Assembly: GCA_963677595.1 (NCBI GenBank)
Contig: OY782041.1
Coordinates: 4,032,001-4,096,000, forward strand
Direction: 5' to 3'
DNA from: Spirochaetia bacterium
GTDB lineage: Bacteria; Spirochaetota; Spirochaetia; CAKZLE01
Length of the DNA: 64,000 nt
The translations under genes were made by a program, and so were the position numbers. Below the pieces are notes generated by a model that saw only the letters and a program-made list of their open reading frames with translations, was not told where the DNA came from and ran no database searches. Below are positions 59,853-64,000 of the stretch, piece after piece (position 1 is the first letter of the stretch; the number at the start of each line of letters is the position of its first letter).

Positions 59853-61097
59853 CTAGAACAGTGTCTCAAATACATTCTTTATCTTCGATCCCAATCCACG
59901 CTTCGGCCTGGAATCAGGTTTGACCTCGATCACACCGCTTCTTCTTGCATCATAGAGGACCAGGCCGATCGCCGTCGAATACCGGAGATCGAACTGGTTC
60001 ACGTCGAAGCCGTCGAAGGGTTTGAAGCTCGCCCGTCTTGCCGGCCGGTCGAAGAGCTCTGCGGCGAGCTCGGTAGCCCCAGGCATCATGGCCCCGCCCC
60101 CGGTCAGGGCAACGCCCCCGAAGGAGTGGAGCAGCCCGCGCTTGTCGAGCATGTTCCGCAGCATGGCGAAGGTCTCGGCGACCCGGGGTTCGATGATCTT
60201 GCAGAGCTCCTTCCGCGGCATGCGGATGGACGGCAGCCCCCCCACCTGGGGGAGGATGACCATCTCATGGTCATCGATCATCGGCTCATAGCATGACCCG
60301 TGGGCGATCTTCATCTCCTCGATCAGCTGCAGGGGCTGGTTGAGCACGAAGGCCAGGTCAGCGGTGACCTGGGACCCCCCGATGTCGATCCCGCCCACGA
60401 AGACCGGGGCACCGTGGAGGTAGCCGACCATATTGGTCATCCCCGCCCCGAGGTTGATCAGCAGCGTCCCCATCTCCTTCTCGTCACTTGAGAGGAGCGC
60501 CTCCGAGTCAGCGAGCTGCTGCAGGACCCGTCTCTTGGTGATCAGGCCTGAGCGCTTGATGCACTTGTCTATATTCTGGGAAGCGGTGACCGAGCCGGTC
60601 ACGATCATGACCTTCGTCTCGAGCCGGTGGCCGATCATGTCGATAGGGTCCTTGATCCCGCTGCGCCCGTCGATGCTGAAATCCTGTACCAGGGTATGGA
60701 GGATCTCCCGGTCGAGCGGGAGCTCGAACGCCCGTGCGACCTCCATGGACCGGTAGATGTCATCAGACCGAATCTCCTGGTCCTTGGAATGGATGCCTAC
60801 CACCCCCTGGGACATGAGCCCCTCGATATGGCTGCCCGAGACGCCGGTGACGATCTGCTTGATCTCACATGCGGCCTCGATCTCGATCTCCCGCCTGATG
60901 TTCGAGATGATCCCGATCACGGACTCTATGTTGATGATGTTCCCGGCACGTACCCCTTCGGCATGCTGTTCCTTGAAGGCAATGATCCTGACACTCCCGT
61001 CCGGCTGCTTCGCACCGGCGACTGCGCAGATCTTCGAGGTCCCGATATCCAAGCCGAGGATGGTATTGTCTGTAACCAAAACATGCTCCTTTCTCAT
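59853..61097 (-). CDS. ftsA: Cell division protein FtsA
   Basis: GLDIGTSKI, EILHTLVQDF.IDG, EKEMG, LTGGGA, C-terminal amphipathic helix. Confidence 0.95.
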   Translation of the reverse strand: MRKEHVLVTDNTILGLDIGTSKICAVAGAKQPDGSVRIIAFKEQHAEGVRAGNIINIESVIGIISNIRREIEIEAACEIKQIVTGVSGSHIEGLMSQGVVGIHSKDQEIRSDDIYRSMEVARAFELPLDREILHTLVQDFSIDGRSGIKDPIDMIGHRLETKVMIVTGSVTASQNIDKCIKRSGLITKRRVLQQLADSEALLSSDEKEMGTLLINLGAGMTNMVGYLHGAPVFVGGIDIGGSQVTADLAFVLNQPLQLIEEMKIAHGSCYEPMIDDHEMVILPQVGGLPSIRMPRKELCKIIEPRVAETFAMLRNMLDKRGLLHSFGGVALTGGGAMMPGATELAAELFDRPARRASFKPFDGFDVNQFDLRYSTAIGLVLYDARRSGVIEVKPDSRPKRGLGSKIKNVFETLF

Positions 61098-61865
61098 CTA
61101 CTCACCACTCTCTATCATATAGGTATCAAATACCTTATACTGAAGCAGGGAACCAGATGACTCACTCTTCCCGATCAACAATGCAGCTCGAACAGCCTCT
61201 TCAAGCCTACCCCCAGATATGGGGTTATATAATATCAGATCCAAGGGGAACCCAATATATGTAATATGTATCGTGATTGCCTTACTGTTATTTGTACCGT
61301 ATTTTACCTCCGATATCAAGTTATATATATCAGCTGCGGCATTCTTTAATTCATTAAGCATGGGAATATATCGCAAGGCATCACGTATGCCCTCCCCGAC
61401 TGCTTCACTGCCTGTCGGCTGCTGGTCCAACTCGATGAATGGGATGGTGTTGCGCAGCCTCGATACCAGCTTCTCATAACCTTCGAAGGTCGTCCCGTCG
61501 CTGTTCACGACCGTCTCGACATCGGCGGAGAAAACGGCTATCGGCACCTTGGGGACGATCGTGATGAACAGCGACCCGGGATACTTCTTCCGGACGCTGC
61601 AGCTCTCGATGATCCCGAACCGTTCCAGGTAATCGGTGATCCGCCGTTCGTCGGCATCCGGGTAGCTCAAGCCCCTGAGTGATTCCAGGTAGCTCTCTGC
61701 CTCGGCCGGCAGGACCGCCTGGTCAGTCAGCCCGTGGATCTCGATATAATCGATCGTCTGCCTCGGATAGACCAGGGTCAGGAAGACGATCGAACCAGCC
61801 GCGGCAAGGCCTATCAGTCCAATGAGTATGCTTGCTGTCAATCTGATGTGCCTTCCTGCCAACAT
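61098..61865 (-). CDS. ftsQ: FtsQ/DivIB-like protein
   Basis: Single TM plus POTRA-like SVRKKYPGSLFITI; position between ftsW and ftsA. Confidence 0.75.
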   Translation of the reverse strand: MLAGRHIRLTASILIGLIGLAAAGSIVFLTLVYPRQTIDYIEIHGLTDQAVLPAEAESYLESLRGLSYPDADERRITDYLERFGIIESCSVRKKYPGSLFITIVPKVPIAVFSADVETVVNSDGTTFEGYEKLVSRLRNTIPFIELDQQPTGSEAVGEGIRDALRYIPMLNELKNAAADIYNLISEVKYGTNNSKAITIHITYIGFPLDLILYNPISGGRLEEAVRAALLIGKSESSGSLLQYKVFDTYMIESGE

Positions 61866-61872
61866 CCTCCCC

Positions 61873-63048
61873 CTATTCGAAATCTATAGCCCGGGACTGC
61901 CCGGGGTCTTCGTCAGGCTCCGGCCTGACCGGTTCACGCTCGGCGATGATCTTCACCAGCAGCCCGCACATGCCGAGGTTCATGAGCAGGTTGGTCCCCC
62001 CTGCCGAGAAGAACGGCAGCGGGATCCCCGTGGGGGGCACGATGCCGCTCACCACGCCGATGTTCAACAGTACCTGCCAGATGAGGATATGGGAGATGCC
62101 GAACCCGGTCAGGTAGAGGAAACGGCTGCCATCCTCGTGGCGTGCCGCCCCGCGATACCCCATATACACCAGCAGGAAGAAGGCGATGATCACGAGCAGG
62201 ACCCCGATGAAGCCGAACTCCTCGGCGAACGAGGCGAAGATGAAGTCCGACTGCACTTCCGGCAGCTTCCCGAGTTTGTAGGTCCCCTGCCCGAACCCCT
62301 TGCCGAACAGCCCGCCTGAGGCGATGGCATCCAGTGATATATTCACCTGGTAGTTGATCCCCGACGGGTCGATATCCTTGAAGATGAACCCGATGACCCG
62401 CTTGAGCCGGTACTCCTCCGTCAGGAGGAGCAGGATCCCGGGGATCCCTGCCAGGGCCAGGTAATAGACGAGGTAGGAGACCTTCACTCCACCGATCAGC
62501 AGGATCGAGAAGCAGAGGAAGAGGAAGACCATGGTGGTCGAGTAGTCACGCTGGATGATGATGAGCAAGGCTGAGAAGAAGATCATCGCGATGGGGACGG
62601 TCGCCACCCTGAATGAATCGAGAGTCTTCTCCTTCTTCGTCAGGTAGCTCGCCAGGTAGAGGATCACCGCCACTTTCAACAGTTCCGAGGGCTGGAAGCT
62701 CAGCGGACCGAGCCGCAGCCACCTCGTGGCACCGAGACGGGTCTCGCCGAGCGGCGTGAAGGAGGTCAGCCCCATGAGGATGAAGCTCAGGATCAGCAGT
62801 GCGGGGATCATCATCCTGATGAAGGAGATCGGCAGGTAGTAGATGACCGCAGCTGCGGCACATCCAGCCGCGGCGAAGATGAGCTGCCTGCGGAAGAAGT
62901 AGTCCACCGGGAGGTCAAGGCGCAGTGCCTTGTCGTACGAGGCTGAGTAGAGTGTCGCCAGCCCGATACCAAGAAGAAGCAATACGAGCATGGTGCCCAT
63001 GATTGCTTCTTTCCGGTTGTTGTCCTGGTAGTCCTGCAGATTCTCCAT
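61873..63048 (-). CDS. ftsW: SEDS peptidoglycan glycosyltransferase FtsW
   Basis: GATRW, FQPSE.LK, LPEVQSDFIF...EEFG, PPTGIPLPFFSAGG. Confidence 0.95.
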   Translation of the reverse strand: MENLQDYQDNNRKEAIMGTMLVLLLLGIGLATLYSASYDKALRLDLPVDYFFRRQLIFAAAGCAAAAVIYYLPISFIRMMIPALLILSFILMGLTSFTPLGETRLGATRWLRLGPLSFQPSELLKVAVILYLASYLTKKEKTLDSFRVATVPIAMIFFSALLIIIQRDYSTTMVFLFLCFSILLIGGVKVSYLVYYLALAGIPGILLLLTEEYRLKRVIGFIFKDIDPSGINYQVNISLDAIASGGLFGKGFGQGTYKLGKLPEVQSDFIFASFAEEFGFIGVLLVIIAFFLLVYMGYRGAARHEDGSRFLYLTGFGISHILIWQVLLNIGVVSGIVPPTGIPLPFFSAGGTNLLMNLGMCGLLVKIIAEREPVRPEPDEDPGQSRAIDFE

Positions 63049-63062
63049 CTCTTTTCAGCTCC

Positions 63063-64000
63063 CTACATCCTCAACGCGATGAGTAATCCTATCAGCACGC
63101 AGATCATGCTGAAGATCCAGAACCGGTGCACCACCTTCACCTCCTTCCACCCCATCTTCTCGAAATGGTGGTGGATAGGTGCCATCAGGAAGACCCGCTT
63201 CTGGCGGATCTTATAGGAAGAGACCTGGATGATCACCGAGAGTGCCTCCATGATGAAGACCGCCCCGATGAAGAGCATCAGGATCTCGTTCTGTGTGATG
63301 ATGGCGATCATCGAGAAGACCCCGCCTATGGCCATGGAGCCCGTATCGCCCATAAAGACCTGCGCTGGACCGGCATTATACCAGAGGAACCCGAGCAGGC
63401 CGCCGATCATCGAGGAGAGGAATACGATCAGCTCGATCCGGTCATCGCCCATGAACTCCCCTACCGAGGTGTGCAGCGAACCGGTGACCGAGATGAACCC
63501 GAAGACGATCATCGCCGCGAACGAGATGATCCCGAGTCCTGTCGCCAGGCCGTCCAGCCCGTCGGCGAGGTTGCAGGCATTCACCATCAGGACGATGTAG
63601 AGGATGGCGAACAGGTAGTACCAGCTGCCGAACGGTATGTAGAGGGTATCGGACCAGGGTATGTAGACCGCGGTCTTCAGCAGGGAGAAGATATCGAGCT
63701 CGAAGAGGAGGAGATAGGCAAGGATCACCTGGAGCGCGATCTTGTACTTCGCCTTGAGTCCCTCGCTGTTCGCACGATAGAGCTTCAGGAGGTCATCCCA
63801 GAGGCCGATGACGCCGAAGCCCGCGAGTGCGGTCAGGGAGATCACCACGATCCTGAAGGACCGCACCCACAGCAGGGTCGAGACCAGGATCGCGAGGATG
63901 AAGAAGATGCCCCCGACTGTCGGGGTACCGCCCTTCTTCAAGTGGGTCTCCGGCCCGTCCTCCCTGATCGTCTGCCCGATGGCATGCTTACGCTGGATCC
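63063..64000 (-). CDS. mraY: Phospho-N-acetylmuramoyl-pentapeptide transferase MraY (5' end outside window)
   Basis: Frame open to the window edge (GQTIREDGPETHLKKGGTPTVGG), NLADGLDGL, FMGDTGS, MAPIHHHFE. Confidence 0.96.
   Translation of the reverse strand, partial: IQRKHAIGQTIREDGPETHLKKGGTPTVGGIFFILAILVSTLLWVRSFRIVVISLTALAGFGVIGLWDDLLKLYRANSEGLKAKYKIALQVILAYLLLFELDIFSLLKTAVYIPWSDTLYIPFGSWYYLFAILYIVLMVNACNLADGLDGLATGLGIISFAAMIVFGFISVTGSLHTSVGEFMGDDRIELIVFLSSMIGGLLGFLWYNAGPAQVFMGDTGSMAIGGVFSMIAIITQNEILMLFIGAVFIMEALSVIIQVSSYKIRQKRVFLMAPIHHHFEKMGWKEVKVVHRFWIFSMICVLIGLLIALRM

Noticed and set aside
35326-63600. Many long antisense ORFs (e.g. 47106-48167, 58885-59799)
   Set aside because: Expected artefact of high third-position GC codon bias opposite well-identified core genes.
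1-64000. CRISPR array, rRNA, prophage, retron or other defence system
   Set aside because: No repeat-spacer arrays, reverse transcriptase, cas or phage structural genes were recognised. The SNF2 gene is truncated by the window, so its downstream context cannot be judged.

Overview
Bacterial chromosomal window, most likely from a member of Spirochaetia. This is inferred from the mraY-ftsW-ftsQ-ftsA-ftsZ-xerD-dprA-xerC-hslVU gene order, the DTIGKS-type FlhF and the ...WAGGSQE solute-binding protein leader. The left part (about 2.1-29.4 kb) is a visibly AT-richer accessory region ending at the 3' end of tRNA-Leu(TAA). It holds a three-sulfatase/ABC/Crp cluster with a duplicated operator, a decayed amidase-TetR pair hit by an IS200-type element, higBA, and a LuxR/serine-hydrolase module. 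It also holds the best candidate for an undescribed system: a sigma54 regulon in which one TyrR-like activator sits between two divergent operons. One operon encodes a W/Mo aldehyde:ferredoxin oxidoreductase, MoaD and a MatC-like carboxylate transporter; the other encodes a glycyl radical enzyme with an atypical active site, its activase and an AceTr-like channel. Both operons have -24/-12 promoters and paired enhancer sites with identical 31-bp spacing. The right part (29.5-64 kb) is GC-rich core genome: tatD, fba, infC-rpmI-rplT, 6S RNA, tsaEB, trxB, glgAC, nnr, a two-ORF ISAs1 element, secA, a PBP and the division cluster. There hslU is joined directly to flhF-flhG, with none of the flagellar genes that lie between them in Borrelia. 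No CRISPR array, rRNA or prophage was seen. All family calls come from motif recognition by eye, not from database searches.
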